Virus record (IMG/VR): IMGVR_UViG_3300020044_004166
Span: 1 to 36,975 of that record
Reading direction: 5' to 3' (one strand)
DNA: 36,975 bases
Origin: a virus
Lineage: Duplodnaviria > Caudoviricetes
Below, one piece after another: positions 1 to 9,000 of this stretch. Every line of letters starts with the position of its first letter. Position 1 is the stretch's first letter. The notes below the pieces were generated by a model. The model ran no database searches, was not told the origin of the DNA, and was given only the letters and a program-made list of their open reading frames with translations. The translations under genes and the position numbers were made by a program.

Positions 1-197
1 CCAAACAAGAATTAAAGGATAGGATTGCAGAGCTGGAGGCTGAGAAAGCAGCTAGAGATGGGCAGGTTGTGCAAATCACTAATAAAGCTATGCAAGAGCT
101 AGAAGTTAGTTATTGGCGCGCAACCATCGCTGCCTATGCCTGCCTAGCGGTTATATTCGCGATTGTGGTTTATACTTTTGGAGTAAAGCCATGGTAA
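1..197 (+). CDS. Partial ORF (5' end outside window): coiled-coil plus C-terminal transmembrane helix
   Basis: Frame 3 open from window start: KQELKDRIAELEAEK...ATIAAYACLAVIFAIVVYTFGVKPW*; stop overlaps next ATG at 191. Confidence 0.6.
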   Translation, partial: KQELKDRIAELEAEKAARDGQVVQITNKAMQELEVSYWRATIAAYACLAVIFAIVVYTFGVKPW

Positions 198-421
198 AAA
201 ATATAGACGAAGCCAAACAACTAGCCTATGCATATGACCGCAAAGAACATACTGCGAGAATATTGGTAGAAACTAATCCGCAAATAGTGATTAATGAGGC
301 GGAAAAGGGTCTTACAGAAGAGGAAGCCGTTTCTGAAGGAATAGTTAAGGCTGAGCCAAATATAAGCGGTGAAACGCCAATTTTGGAAAGGGAATGGGTG
401 AGTCAATTTAATGGTTCTTGA
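191..421 (+). CDS. Hypothetical protein
   Basis: ATG at 191 preceded by GGAG, preferred over the TTG at 113 in the ORF track. Confidence 0.6.
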   Translation: MVKNIDEAKQLAYAYDRKEHTARILVETNPQIVINEAEKGLTEEEAVSEGIVKAEPNISGETPILEREWVSQFNGS

Positions 422-740
422 AATGAAGCTTTCAACGATTAGAGATTATTTCTTCCCAACCATTAAAGCGGTTAATGTGATTGGTGATTTACAGATATTC
501 AGCCAACACGGCGTAGAGCATTTTACTTGCACTAAACGCAAGGGCTTTTGGAAAAAAGCAAAAAAATATAACAACATGGAATTCGCAGTAAAGAATAAAA
601 CTACAAACGAGTTCTGGGTGTTAGGCTATTACAACGACGTTAACCCTATGCTTACCCACGAAACGCTTGATGAGTATGTCGCACACCCGTTTAATGCATT
701 TATTTACAAACTAGAGAGAATATCATGGAATACGCAATAA
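411..740 (+). CDS. Hypothetical protein
   Basis: 109-aa ORF overlapping neighbours in an operon-like run; start could be 423. Confidence 0.6.
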   Translation: MVLEMKLSTIRDYFFPTIKAVNVIGDLQIFSQHGVEHFTCTKRKGFWKKAKKYNNMEFAVKNKTTNEFWVLGYYNDVNPMLTHETLDEYVAHPFNAFIYKLERISWNTQ

Positions 741-790
741 CACTAATAGCAGTATTTTTCGCTGGTTATGCTACGGGAAAGGGGTTATAA
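725..790 (+). CDS. 21-aa single-TM peptide (MEYAITLIAVFFAGYATGKGL)
   Basis: GAGAG upstream; hydrophobic; TAATG coupling to next ORF; read by hand, below ORF-track cutoff. Confidence 0.45.
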   Translation: MEYAITLIAVFFAGYATGKGL

Positions 791-870
791 TGGACGATAT
801 AGATTTAGCAATTATCTGCCTTGTAGTTGGCTTTGCACTTGGAAGTTACCTACAAAAATATCACTCTTGA
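790..870 (+). CDS. 26-aa single-TM peptide (MDDIDLAIICLVVGFALGSYLQKYHS)
   Basis: TAATG overlap, AGGGG upstream, hydrophobic core with GxxxG. Confidence 0.45.
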   Translation: MDDIDLAIICLVVGFALGSYLQKYHS

Positions 871-896
871 CAAGTAACAGAGTTATGGTGTAGTAT
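867..896 (+). promoter_or_regulatory. Sigma70-type promoter upstream of terS
   Basis: TTGACA (867-872), 18 bp, TAGTAT (891-896). Confidence 0.5.
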
Positions 897-923
897 TATT
901 GAAAATATCAATGGTTTTCAACT

Positions 924-1235
924 ATGGCATTTGTAAAAGGGCAATCAGGCAATCCCGCTGGTAAACCAGTTGGCACAATTAGCAAGGACAAAGCTAAATT
1001 TATTGAATCGCTGCAAGAATTGTTTGATAACTATGCTGGCGATATGAAAATGTGGCTTGAACAAATTGACGAGCCTGAAAAGCGTTTTGCTATTCTCAAA
1101 GACTTTGCAGAGTTTATTTATCCAAAGCTATCACGCAGTGAGAACAAAACAGAGTTAAGTGGCGTTGTGAGTTTATCCCAACTGGTGCAGGAGTTAGATG
1201 GACGAAGCGCAGGCTTACCAGAAACTGAAAGATAA
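924..1235 (+). CDS. terS: Terminase small subunit
   Basis: N-terminal FVKGQSGNPAGKP motif typical of TerS (DUF5681-like); immediately upstream of and overlapping terL. Confidence 0.8.
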   Translation: MAFVKGQSGNPAGKPVGTISKDKAKFIESLQELFDNYAGDMKMWLEQIDEPEKRFAILKDFAEFIYPKLSRSENKTELSGVVSLSQLVQELDGRSAGLPETER

Positions 1236-2718
1236 GTTAGGCGACCAAGAGTGGCGGCTTAATCATTTGTACCATATCCGAGATAAGAATGGACAGAAGG
1301 TTTTGCTCAAGTTTAACTGGGCGCAACGTGCTTTCTACTCTGCAATGTGGTACTTCAACACAATCCTAAAAGCCCGCCAGCTTGGGTTTTCCACATTTAT
1401 TTGCATATATTTTCTTGATGCTTGCCTATTCAATAGCAATCATAGGTGCGGTATTATTGACGCTGGCATTGATGACGCTAAGAAAAAGCTCAAAATGATT
1501 AAGTTTGCGTATGATAACTTACCACAATGGTTGCGTGATGTCGTGCCGATGACAGTAAGAGCCGCAGAGGTTATTGAGTTTGGCAATGGCTCTGGCATAT
1601 CAGTTGGAACATCACATCGTGGTGATACATTGCAGAAACTATTGGTTTCAGAATATGGCAAGGTGAGCGCAGCATCACCTGAGAAAGCCAGAGAGATTAA
1701 AACAGGTGCATTAAATGCTGTTGGAGCAGGGCAACAAATATTTGTTGAGTCTACAGCAGAGGGTAAAACTGGAGAGTTTTTTGACTTGTGCCAAACATCT
1801 AGGCATTTAAAAGATGAGGGCAGGAAGTTAAGCCGCCTTGACCCTAAGTTTCATTTCTATGCTTGGTTTGATAATCCTGAATATGAATTGACAGAAGAAG
1901 AAACCCGCGATGTGGTGATTAGCGCAGAGTTACAAGAATACTTTGCCCGCTTTCCGCATTTAGTGCCAGAACAAAAAGCATGGTACGCTAAGAAAGAATC
2001 AATTATGGGCGATGATATGCGCCGTGAATTTCCTTCCACACCTGATGAAGCGTTTGAGGGAAGCCAGCAAGGTGCATTCTACACTAAGGAAATGCAGCGA
2101 GTGCGGCAAATGAAGCAGATAACTAACTTACCATATGACCCACGCTATCCAGTTTATACCTTCTTTGACATAGGACAAACAAGGGATATGATGTCAATCT
2201 GGTTCTATCAGCGTGTAAATAACCAGCACAGATTTATTGATTATCATGAATCAAACGCAGATATGACTGGCGATGATGGCTGGGATTACTACGGCAAGCT
2301 ATTTCTGAGTAAAGGCTATCTATACAAAGAGCATTATATGCCGCATGACGGCAACAAGCGTATACAGGCTGGTAAAATCCTCACAACAAAGCAAATTGCT
2401 GAACAAGTGGGAATACGCCCAATTATGATAACTGAGCGCACTAGCAATGTGAGTGATGATATTCGCAATTGGTGTAAACCAGTTCTGATTAATTGCTGGT
2501 TTGACGAAACTAAATGCGCTAAAGGTATTGCACATCTTGACAATTATCGCAGACGCTGGGATAAAGCTAATTCTATGTGGTTAAACGACCCGCAGCATGA
2601 CCAAGCATCTCATGGCGCAGACGCTTTCCGCACCTTTGCGGTTAATTCTGATAGGATTACAGACGATAGACCGCAGTTTGTACAACGCAAAACACTAACC
2701 AGAAAGGGCATGAGATGA
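1198..2718 (+). CDS. terL: Terminase large subunit
   Basis: Walker A-like ILKARQLGFST, coupling motif ESTAEG, RNase H-like nuclease FFDIG...HD...SHGADAFR. Confidence 0.95.
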   Translation: MDEAQAYQKLKDKLGDQEWRLNHLYHIRDKNGQKVLLKFNWAQRAFYSAMWYFNTILKARQLGFSTFICIYFLDACLFNSNHRCGIIDAGIDDAKKKLKMIKFAYDNLPQWLRDVVPMTVRAAEVIEFGNGSGISVGTSHRGDTLQKLLVSEYGKVSAASPEKAREIKTGALNAVGAGQQIFVESTAEGKTGEFFDLCQTSRHLKDEGRKLSRLDPKFHFYAWFDNPEYELTEEETRDVVISAELQEYFARFPHLVPEQKAWYAKKESIMGDDMRREFPSTPDEAFEGSQQGAFYTKEMQRVRQMKQITNLPYDPRYPVYTFFDIGQTRDMMSIWFYQRVNNQHRFIDYHESNADMTGDDGWDYYGKLFLSKGYLYKEHYMPHDGNKRIQAGKILTTKQIAEQVGIRPIMITERTSNVSDDIRNWCKPVLINCWFDETKCAKGIAHLDNYRRRWDKANSMWLNDPQHDQASHGADAFRTFAVNSDRITDDRPQFVQRKTLTRKGMR

Positions 2719-3167
2719 TTAGACCAGCTACACCACAAGATTTTGATTTCATTATGGAGTGCAGCAAACAATTTTTTGCTGAAAGTAACTATGGCAAGCT
2801 AACATGGGACGAGGAAAAAGCCAAAGAGATGTGCCAAATACTCACAGATGGGCGGTGTTTCTGCTTAATTACAGAGGGGCAAGGCTTTGTTGCGTGGACA
2901 CATGAGCGATATTGGACTATTGAGGAAGTGGCGCATATATTCCTATTCTACGTTAAACCTGAGTGCAGAAATGGCAAAATAGCGTTGCAGCTTGCTTTTG
3001 CAATGGATAACTTATTGCTTGAACATAGAATTGCAATGTGTTATGCTTCTTCAACTGGCGGGTTTGATGATGGCGGAATAAACGAAAGAGCTTTCACCAG
3101 ATTATTTAGCCGAGTTGGTTACAAAAACATGGGCAGTTTTTTAATTAAGGAGTACAACCATGGGTAA
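2715..3167 (+). CDS. GNAT-family N-acetyltransferase
   Basis: MIRPATPQD start, FYVKPECRNG acetyl-CoA motif A, C-terminal LFSRVGY. Confidence 0.75.
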   Translation: MIRPATPQDFDFIMECSKQFFAESNYGKLTWDEEKAKEMCQILTDGRCFCLITEGQGFVAWTHERYWTIEEVAHIFLFYVKPECRNGKIALQLAFAMDNLLLEHRIAMCYASSTGGFDDGGINERAFTRLFSRVGYKNMGSFLIKEYNHG

Positions 3168-3354
3168 ATTTTCCAAAATACTAGGCTTTTCAGCCCCGAA
3201 AGTTCAAAGCACAGCTCCAGCCGAGCTTAAAGACGAAGAAGCTAAATCAAAAAAAAGCAAGCGTAACCAGTTCCTTACTGAGGGGCAAGTAGTTGGACAA
3301 GAGCTATCTGTTGGACAAGTTGGCGGGCGCAATTCCACCACTTTTGGGAATTAA
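3160..3354 (+). CDS. Small pre-portal virion-associated protein
   Basis: AAGGAG SD; basic/Gly-rich 64 aa in the position of the small gene preceding podovirus portals. Confidence 0.6.
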   Translation: MGKFSKILGFSAPKVQSTAPAELKDEEAKSKKSKRNQFLTEGQVVGQELSVGQVGGRNSTTFGN

Positions 3355-3356
3355 AC

Positions 3357-5147
3357 ATGGACGATTTCAAGCGAATTAGGCAAGGTTACGATAGAGCTAG
3401 AACAGAGCGTGAGGAATACTCGTCCCTCTGGCAAACGATTTCTAATTTCGTAGGCATTAAAACCGATATTAATTATATCAATGACGGCACGAAAGGTAAT
3501 AAATCCAAGCAGCTTGACCAATCTATTGATGACCCGACTGCTGCACTTAGCGTTACGCAAGCGGCAGATTACTTGCTAGGCATTATTTGGGGTACTGGTT
3601 CTGAGGCTATTGCCATTGAGCCTAGCCGTGAAGTACTAGACATTGGCAATAAGCAAGCACTGCAAAGCTATTACGATTTCATTACTGAGGAAGTGCTTGA
3701 GCAAGTAAACCATGCAGAGGCTGGGTTTGGTTCTGCGCTCCGTTGCTACACAACGGACCAAGTGGCGTTTGGCACATCTGGCATTGGTGCGTTCAAAAAT
3801 AAGCTATTTGACCAAGGCATTGAGGGCAATGTTATTGTTTATAAGGACTTTGGCGTTGATAGTACTTGCATAAATGAGGGTAAATCTGGGCTAGTGGATT
3901 ACATTTATGTAACCTATTACTGGGACGCTGTACGCATTGTGAGTGAGTTCTGCTGCGGTGATAATGGCGTTGATGCTCAAAAGCTGGCAACTATGCCAAA
4001 TAAAGTTAAGCAAGCATGGGATAAAATGGACACAACGACTGAGTTTGTAATTGTGTTTGCTATGACTCCGAGAGAGAATTACCACCCTATGCTTAAAGGC
4101 AAGCGTGGAGCAAGATATAAAGGCACATGGTGGTTTCATGATGAGCCGACATCTAAACCATTCCTTGAAGAAGATTTCGCTACAAAACCTATTGCAATGG
4201 CAAGAGCGATTAAAGTTCGTGGTGAGAAGTATGGGCGTTCGAGCGGTACTCTACTAATAAGCACTATTCGTTTAGTTAATTTCGCAGTAGGACAGGCGAT
4301 TGAAGTAATTGAGAAAATGGCTCGTCCTAGCCTTGGTGTGTTTGGCAATGCGTTGTTTGGTGATGCTGTACTTGATACAAGCCCTGACGGCATGACTGTG
4401 TTTAATCCTGATTTTGCAGGCAATAGCGGTTCGCCAGTATTCCCGATGATGGACGTTGGCGACCCGACTGGATTATTGCAATGGCTAGTTCCGTATTTGA
4501 ATGAGAAGATAGCCACAGCGTTTAAGATTGACGTGTTGCTAGACTTCTCAAGCGCAAAAGATATGACTGCTACAGAGAGTTTGCAGCGTTTTGCTATTCG
4601 TGGGAAGTCGTTAGCTGGCTTACTGGGGCAACAAAAGACAGAATGTTTAGATGTTATCCTACCACGTAGCATTGACCTACTTATGCAAGCTAAACGTTTG
4701 GGTGTAAATCCTGAGATTGATAAGGAATTGGCAGAAGGATTTGCAGAGGCTAAAAAAGTGGAGCGCATTATCCCTGAGGCGGTGCTCAAAATAATGAAGC
4801 AAGGCAAGCCGTGGTATAAGATTAAATACAAGAATGAGCTTGAGCAGCTAACGAATACAAGGGCTTTGGAGTCTATGTTGCAGTTCTTGCAGGGTTGTGG
4901 CGCAATGGATGGTATGTTCCCGCAGATTATCCAATCTGTAAACTGGTATGATTTGCTTGACAATTTCCGTGAGTCGCTTAACATACCTGCAGACATGATG
5001 ATTTCTAAAGAGGATTTCATGGCTGGTATTGAGGCGGATGCAGCAATGGCGCAGGCTCAAGTAGCATCGCAACTAGGGGCGCAAGAGGCAGTATCACAGA
5101 AAGACCAAGCGGCAGCACAAAAAATGAGTGCAGAAGCTGGGAGATAA
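3357..5147 (+). CDS. Portal (head-tail connector), T7 gp8/BPP-1-like
   Basis: 596 aa; motifs AFGTS, GEKYGRS, MTATE typical of the Head-tail_con family; synteny. Confidence 0.92.
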   Translation: MDDFKRIRQGYDRARTEREEYSSLWQTISNFVGIKTDINYINDGTKGNKSKQLDQSIDDPTAALSVTQAADYLLGIIWGTGSEAIAIEPSREVLDIGNKQALQSYYDFITEEVLEQVNHAEAGFGSALRCYTTDQVAFGTSGIGAFKNKLFDQGIEGNVIVYKDFGVDSTCINEGKSGLVDYIYVTYYWDAVRIVSEFCCGDNGVDAQKLATMPNKVKQAWDKMDTTTEFVIVFAMTPRENYHPMLKGKRGARYKGTWWFHDEPTSKPFLEEDFATKPIAMARAIKVRGEKYGRSSGTLLISTIRLVNFAVGQAIEVIEKMARPSLGVFGNALFGDAVLDTSPDGMTVFNPDFAGNSGSPVFPMMDVGDPTGLLQWLVPYLNEKIATAFKIDVLLDFSSAKDMTATESLQRFAIRGKSLAGLLGQQKTECLDVILPRSIDLLMQAKRLGVNPEIDKELAEGFAEAKKVERIIPEAVLKIMKQGKPWYKIKYKNELEQLTNTRALESMLQFLQGCGAMDGMFPQIIQSVNWYDLLDNFRESLNIPADMMISKEDFMAGIEADAAMAQAQVASQLGAQEAVSQKDQAAAQKMSAEAGR

Positions 5148-5156
5148 GGGCAGAAT

Positions 5157-5447
5157 ATGGAAACAGTAGACAAGCTCATTGAGCGTGAGTTAAAGCGCAA
5201 AGAGGCTTTGCAATTAAGCCAAGAGGCATTGAAAGAGCTAGGCAAGGCTTGTAATAGCATATTCGCAACCGATAGTGGTATGTATTTTGCCAAATGCTGG
5301 TTGCAGGAAATGGGGCTGTTTGGTTATGATGAATCAAAAGACGGAATGAGTTTAGTGGAAAGCAAAGGCGCAAAGAGGTTTTATTTGCGTTATGTTCGTC
5401 CACAATTAACACCACAAGTTAAACAACTAATAGAAGGGCAGCTATGA
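5157..5447 (+). CDS. Bbp19-like small protein
   Basis: IFATDSG...EG/KG pattern and position between portal and scaffold as in BPP-1-like podoviruses. Confidence 0.6.
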   Translation: METVDKLIERELKRKEALQLSQEALKELGKACNSIFATDSGMYFAKCWLQEMGLFGYDESKDGMSLVESKGAKRFYLRYVRPQLTPQVKQLIEGQL

Positions 5448-6226
5448 CAGAAGAATTACCACCGCAAGATACACCAACATCAGAGCCAGTAGCAACTCCA
5501 GAAGCTCCTACTTCAACAGAGTTCACAATCCCCGATGAATACAAAGAGAAATCATGGGCTGGCAAGGTTAAAACTCAAGATGATTTATATAAACAGCTTG
5601 ATAATCTCACAAGTTTAGTGGGTAAAAAGTCGCTAGTACCTGAATATAACCCTGAGAAGCCAGAGGAGTTTGATGCATTTCTTAATAGGTTACGCCCTGA
5701 GAGTGCGGATAAATATGAATTTCCCGAAGGTGTAGCTGATGAAATTAAATCAGTTTATGGCGAAGCATTGCATTTTGCGGGCGTTCACCCTAGCAAGGTT
5801 AATGGCGTAATGGAAATTGTGAGTAAGTACGAAACTGAGCAGTTGGCTAAGATGCAAGACCCAGTTGAGTTTGACAAACTAACCGAAGAAGCGTTTGGTG
5901 CTAATTGGAAAAAATCAAAAGATGAAAGCCTTGCGTTTTTGCGTGCTAACCTGCCTAATGCAGAGTTGTTGGATAAGTTACCTAATGCGGCATTGATTGA
6001 TTTGTATAAATTCGCTAACAAGGTAGCTACGGAATATGGCGCAAAAGAAAGCGGCTCACAAGCTGGAGGCGGGCAAGCCCCAGTTAAGGTAGATATGGCG
6101 GTGCAAGCTAATGAGTTGCTAGAGCAAATCACGCAAGCAAACGCACAGAAACCACCAGATTTCAAGAAATTAGAAGGACTAAAACAACAACTACGTGAAA
6201 TTAACCAAAAGAGGGCAGCACAATGA
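5444..6226 (+). CDS. Capsid scaffolding protein
   Basis: Acidic, Pro-rich N-terminus, helical, RPESADKYEF motif; upstream of capsid. Confidence 0.8.
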   Translation: MTEELPPQDTPTSEPVATPEAPTSTEFTIPDEYKEKSWAGKVKTQDDLYKQLDNLTSLVGKKSLVPEYNPEKPEEFDAFLNRLRPESADKYEFPEGVADEIKSVYGEALHFAGVHPSKVNGVMEIVSKYETEQLAKMQDPVEFDKLTEEAFGANWKKSKDESLAFLRANLPNAELLDKLPNAALIDLYKFANKVATEYGAKESGSQAGGGQAPVKVDMAVQANELLEQITQANAQKPPDFKKLEGLKQQLREINQKRAAQ

Positions 6227-6879
6227 AAGCATTAAAATTAACATTCTCGGGCGATTACAAAGCAACTAATGGCGATATATTTGGATATGATGGTGTTGAG
6301 GTAGTTATTCCATTTCAAGAAGTGGATATTGCTACATTGCACGCAAGAGCTAGACATTTGCCAATGAAGCTAAATCAAATGGCTGCAAAGAAAGGCGGCG
6401 AGTTGGCTTTAAAAGCAATTAAGAACGTGCGTAATTCTTATGTGGATAGTGTTGAAGAAGTAGAGCATGAGTTTAGTTTTGAGGGCAAAGATATACGCAC
6501 ATTGACGTTTGAAGAAATCCAAGATGTAGCGGTTATGTTTGATTTGCGTGAAGTGCCATTGTATAAAATTGGTGGATTGCGTCACCAACTCAACAGTTTG
6601 TATGGGATTTACAGTACAAAGATTGAGCATAAGCCAGTAAATCACAAGGAAGAATATTTCTCAGTAAATGACATGCCACCTATTTTTGTAGGTAAAGCGC
6701 ATAAGGTGCAACGTGAAGTTAAGCCGACATTTACCGAGGAAGCTCCAGAGGTGCAAACGGATAGCTTGGAAGCGTTAAAACGCATTGCTGATAGCAAAGG
6801 CGTGAAGTATCACCACAAAGCTGGTTACGATACTATCCTTGAAGCAATAAATCAGTTTGACAGCCAGCAAAATATCTGA
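6223..6879 (+). CDS. Hypothetical protein with C-terminal HeH/LEM/Rho-N-like domain
   Basis: C-terminal SLEALKRIADSKGVKYHHKAGYDTILEAI resembles helix-extended-helix nucleic-acid-binding modules. Confidence 0.55.
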   Translation: MKALKLTFSGDYKATNGDIFGYDGVEVVIPFQEVDIATLHARARHLPMKLNQMAAKKGGELALKAIKNVRNSYVDSVEEVEHEFSFEGKDIRTLTFEEIQDVAVMFDLREVPLYKIGGLRHQLNSLYGIYSTKIEHKPVNHKEEYFSVNDMPPIFVGKAHKVQREVKPTFTEEAPEVQTDSLEALKRIADSKGVKYHHKAGYDTILEAINQFDSQQNI

Positions 6880-6885
6880 TATAGT
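6857..6885 (+). promoter_or_regulatory. Strong sigma70 promoter for the capsid module
   Basis: TTGACA (6857-6862), 17 bp, TATAGT (6880-6885), with extended -10 TG; predicted +1 near G6892. Confidence 0.8.
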
Positions 6886-6891
6886 GTTGAT

Positions 6892-6998
6892 GTTGACACC
6901 TATATTTAATATAGCCAACTGAGCTAGGCAGCCGAATAATGCTTAGAAAGCCCTGATGCAGGACACCTTTCGTTAAAATCATAAACATTCAGTTTAAC
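6892..6998 (+). promoter_or_regulatory. Structured 5' leader of capsid mRNA (four stems, two identical GACACC/GCC internal loops)
   Basis: Stems 6892-6919, 6920-6945, 6946-6971 and 6972-6998 paired by eye. Confidence 0.6.
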
Positions 6999-7018
6999 AA
7001 TTTAACAAAGGTACAATC

Positions 7019-7936
7019 ATGGCATCAAACACATATCAACCAAGCATTGACTCAGGTGCATTGCTTACATTCAAAGAGGCTTTTTATAAACTAGCCCAAC
7101 AAACAACCTCTAAACTTGGCAGCACATCTGCTGTTACTTATCGTGACCCAAAAGGTAAAACGTTCATGACTGGACGCATGGGGCGCATTGAGCTAACAGA
7201 AGTTGCTGGACGTAACCCAGACAAAAACTACATTGATTATGCTATTGATAATCGCCAATACACAAAGCGTCGTTTTACTTCAACGCTAACTATTGACGCA
7301 AAGCATGACATTAATGAGCTTTTGAATGACCCAACAAGTGATTTGGTGGCACAATTAGTTGCTGCTAAAGAGCGTCAAATTGACCGAGTAATTGCTTCTG
7401 CTGCGACAGGTGCGGTGCTAGTAGGTAAGCCAGACGGCACACCTTCAAGCATTTCTGCTGCGACAGACGGCGTTATTACTGTTGATGCGACTGCTGGCTT
7501 GACTTACGAAAAAATGCTAGAAGTTACTCAAAACTTCATCAACAACGAAGTTGAAGAAATGGGGGCTATCGTGGCAGTTACTGGTAAAGAGTGGACAGAC
7601 CTAATGGGTGAAGACCAATTCATCAGCAATGATTATGTAAACAAAGGTGCTGTTGAAAATGGTATCAGAAAAGCGGGTATGTATGACCTAGTTCGCTTTG
7701 CTGGTTCTGTAACGGGTGGCGCACAAGTTGCTAATCCTTATTTGCCAGAAGCAACAACAACACGCAAATGTATTGTTTTAGCTCCTCAATCTATTGAAGT
7801 TGCAATGGAAATTGGCGATTTGTCAGTAACTGATAACCCAAACAAAGTAAACTCTAAAGACATTACAATTGACCTATGGTTGAACGCAATGCGCTTGGAA
7901 GGTGCTAAAGTTCAAGTTATCTCAACAACAATGTAA
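7019..7936 (+). CDS. Major capsid protein
   Basis: 305 aa; RQIDRVI and C-terminal AMRLEGAKV motifs of the BPP-1/T7-related capsid family; dedicated promoter and downstream terminator. Confidence 0.88.
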   Translation: MASNTYQPSIDSGALLTFKEAFYKLAQQTTSKLGSTSAVTYRDPKGKTFMTGRMGRIELTEVAGRNPDKNYIDYAIDNRQYTKRRFTSTLTIDAKHDINELLNDPTSDLVAQLVAAKERQIDRVIASAATGAVLVGKPDGTPSSISAATDGVITVDATAGLTYEKMLEVTQNFINNEVEEMGAIVAVTGKEWTDLMGEDQFISNDYVNKGAVENGIRKAGMYDLVRFAGSVTGGAQVANPYLPEATTTRKCIVLAPQSIEVAMEIGDLSVTDNPNKVNSKDITIDLWLNAMRLEGAKVQVISTTM

Positions 7937-7947
7937 TAAGGGGATTT

Positions 7948-8409
7948 ATGTCTAAACCACAATTAACAAGAATTGAAGTGTTAGAAGGGAAGGGAAGGCT
8001 AGTTCCAGCAACTGCATCTCTGACTGTTTCTAAAACTTTGCATGAGGACAAAATCATTGTGTTGAGAGCAGCGGCTGGCTTAACAGCTACGTTGCCAGCT
8101 TCAGCGGGGACAGGAGATATTTATCGTTTTGTGGTAGATACTTCTGTAACAAGCAATAACTACATAATCAAAGTTGCTAATTCAACTGACATTATGGGTG
8201 GCGTTGCAACAATGGGCTCGTCTGGCGGTACATCTGCATCTGTAGGTACAGCAGCAACATCTGATACTATTACTATGAATGGCTCAACCTCCGCAGGTTT
8301 GAGAGGTACATATGTAGAATTGACAGACGTGGCAACTGGTCTATGGCAAGTATCAATGCACGGCGTTGCATCTGGTATTGCGGTAACTCCATTCTCAGCA
8401 ACAGTATAA
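7948..8409 (+). CDS. Putative capsid decoration protein
   Basis: Thr/Ser/Ala/Gly-rich beta protein (TATLPASAGTG) co-transcribed with capsid. Confidence 0.55.
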   Translation: MSKPQLTRIEVLEGKGRLVPATASLTVSKTLHEDKIIVLRAAAGLTATLPASAGTGDIYRFVVDTSVTSNNYIIKVANSTDIMGGVATMGSSGGTSASVGTAATSDTITMNGSTSAGLRGTYVELTDVATGLWQVSMHGVASGIAVTPFSATV

Positions 8410-8435
8410 CAATTAAACAATAAGGAATAAATATT

Positions 8436-8945
8436 ATGGCTACTTTTACAGGAATTAGAAGCAATGGATTTACGGAATATCCGAACAATCCAGCAAACTC
8501 AGTAGGCAAGAAATTGCGCTCTGTTTTTTACGAAAAAACTATCGTTACAGGTGAGGGTACTAATCGCCTTCACATTCTAGCAGGTCCAATGTCTTACGAC
8601 ACAAAAGTTGCGGCTATTATCGGAGCTACACCAGCTTTGACATCAGCAACAGACAATGATTTGGGCTTTTACAAGCAAAATGATGACGGCACTTTTGATG
8701 ATATTGACCCAGATATTCTTTGGGACGGCGTAACTCTTGCGTCAGCTTTAACATATCGTGAATTGCTAGGTACATTGAATACATCTCTAGACCGTGACGA
8801 CAACATCGGAACTTTGCTTGGTAAAACAATTGAAGAACAACCAGTTGGCGGCGTGTATCTAGGTTTGCTAATCAAGACAGCATCAACAGCAACCTCAGAA
8901 GTTCTAAAACTTGAAGTTGTACTTGAAGAAGCTACTACAAAATAG
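8436..8945 (+). CDS. Putative head cement/decoration protein
   Basis: AAGGA SD; beta-rich; last gene before the capsid-module terminator. Confidence 0.55.
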   Translation: MATFTGIRSNGFTEYPNNPANSVGKKLRSVFYEKTIVTGEGTNRLHILAGPMSYDTKVAAIIGATPALTSATDNDLGFYKQNDDGTFDDIDPDILWDGVTLASALTYRELLGTLNTSLDRDDNIGTLLGKTIEEQPVGGVYLGLLIKTASTATSEVLKLEVVLEEATTK

Positions 8946-8952
8946 TAGAACT

Positions 8953-8985
8953 GGGGAGTAGGCACTGCCCGCTTACTCCCCTTTT
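8953..8985 (+). terminator. Rho-independent terminator after capsid module
   Basis: GGGGAGTAGGC (8953-8963) / GCTTACTCCCC (8971-8981) followed by TTTT; short U-tract implies partial read-through. Confidence 0.8.
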
Positions 8986-9000
8986 ACTGCGGGGTTATAA

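Noticed and set aside
4136-5020. 294-aa antisense ORF inside the portal gene (and similar shadows at 5785-6165, 12823-13173, 18718-19101, 35327-35782)
   Set aside because: Codon-register mirrors of well-supported genes, Ser/Leu/Ile-rich, no motifs recognised.
6893-6921. Second TTGACA as an additional capsid promoter
   Set aside because: No -10 hexamer at 16-18 bp; the sequence is explained by the leader hairpin.
7900-7960. T7 10A/10B-style frameshift or read-through from capsid into 7948
   Set aside because: Double stop TAATAA, no slippery heptamer, and the next gene has its own SD.
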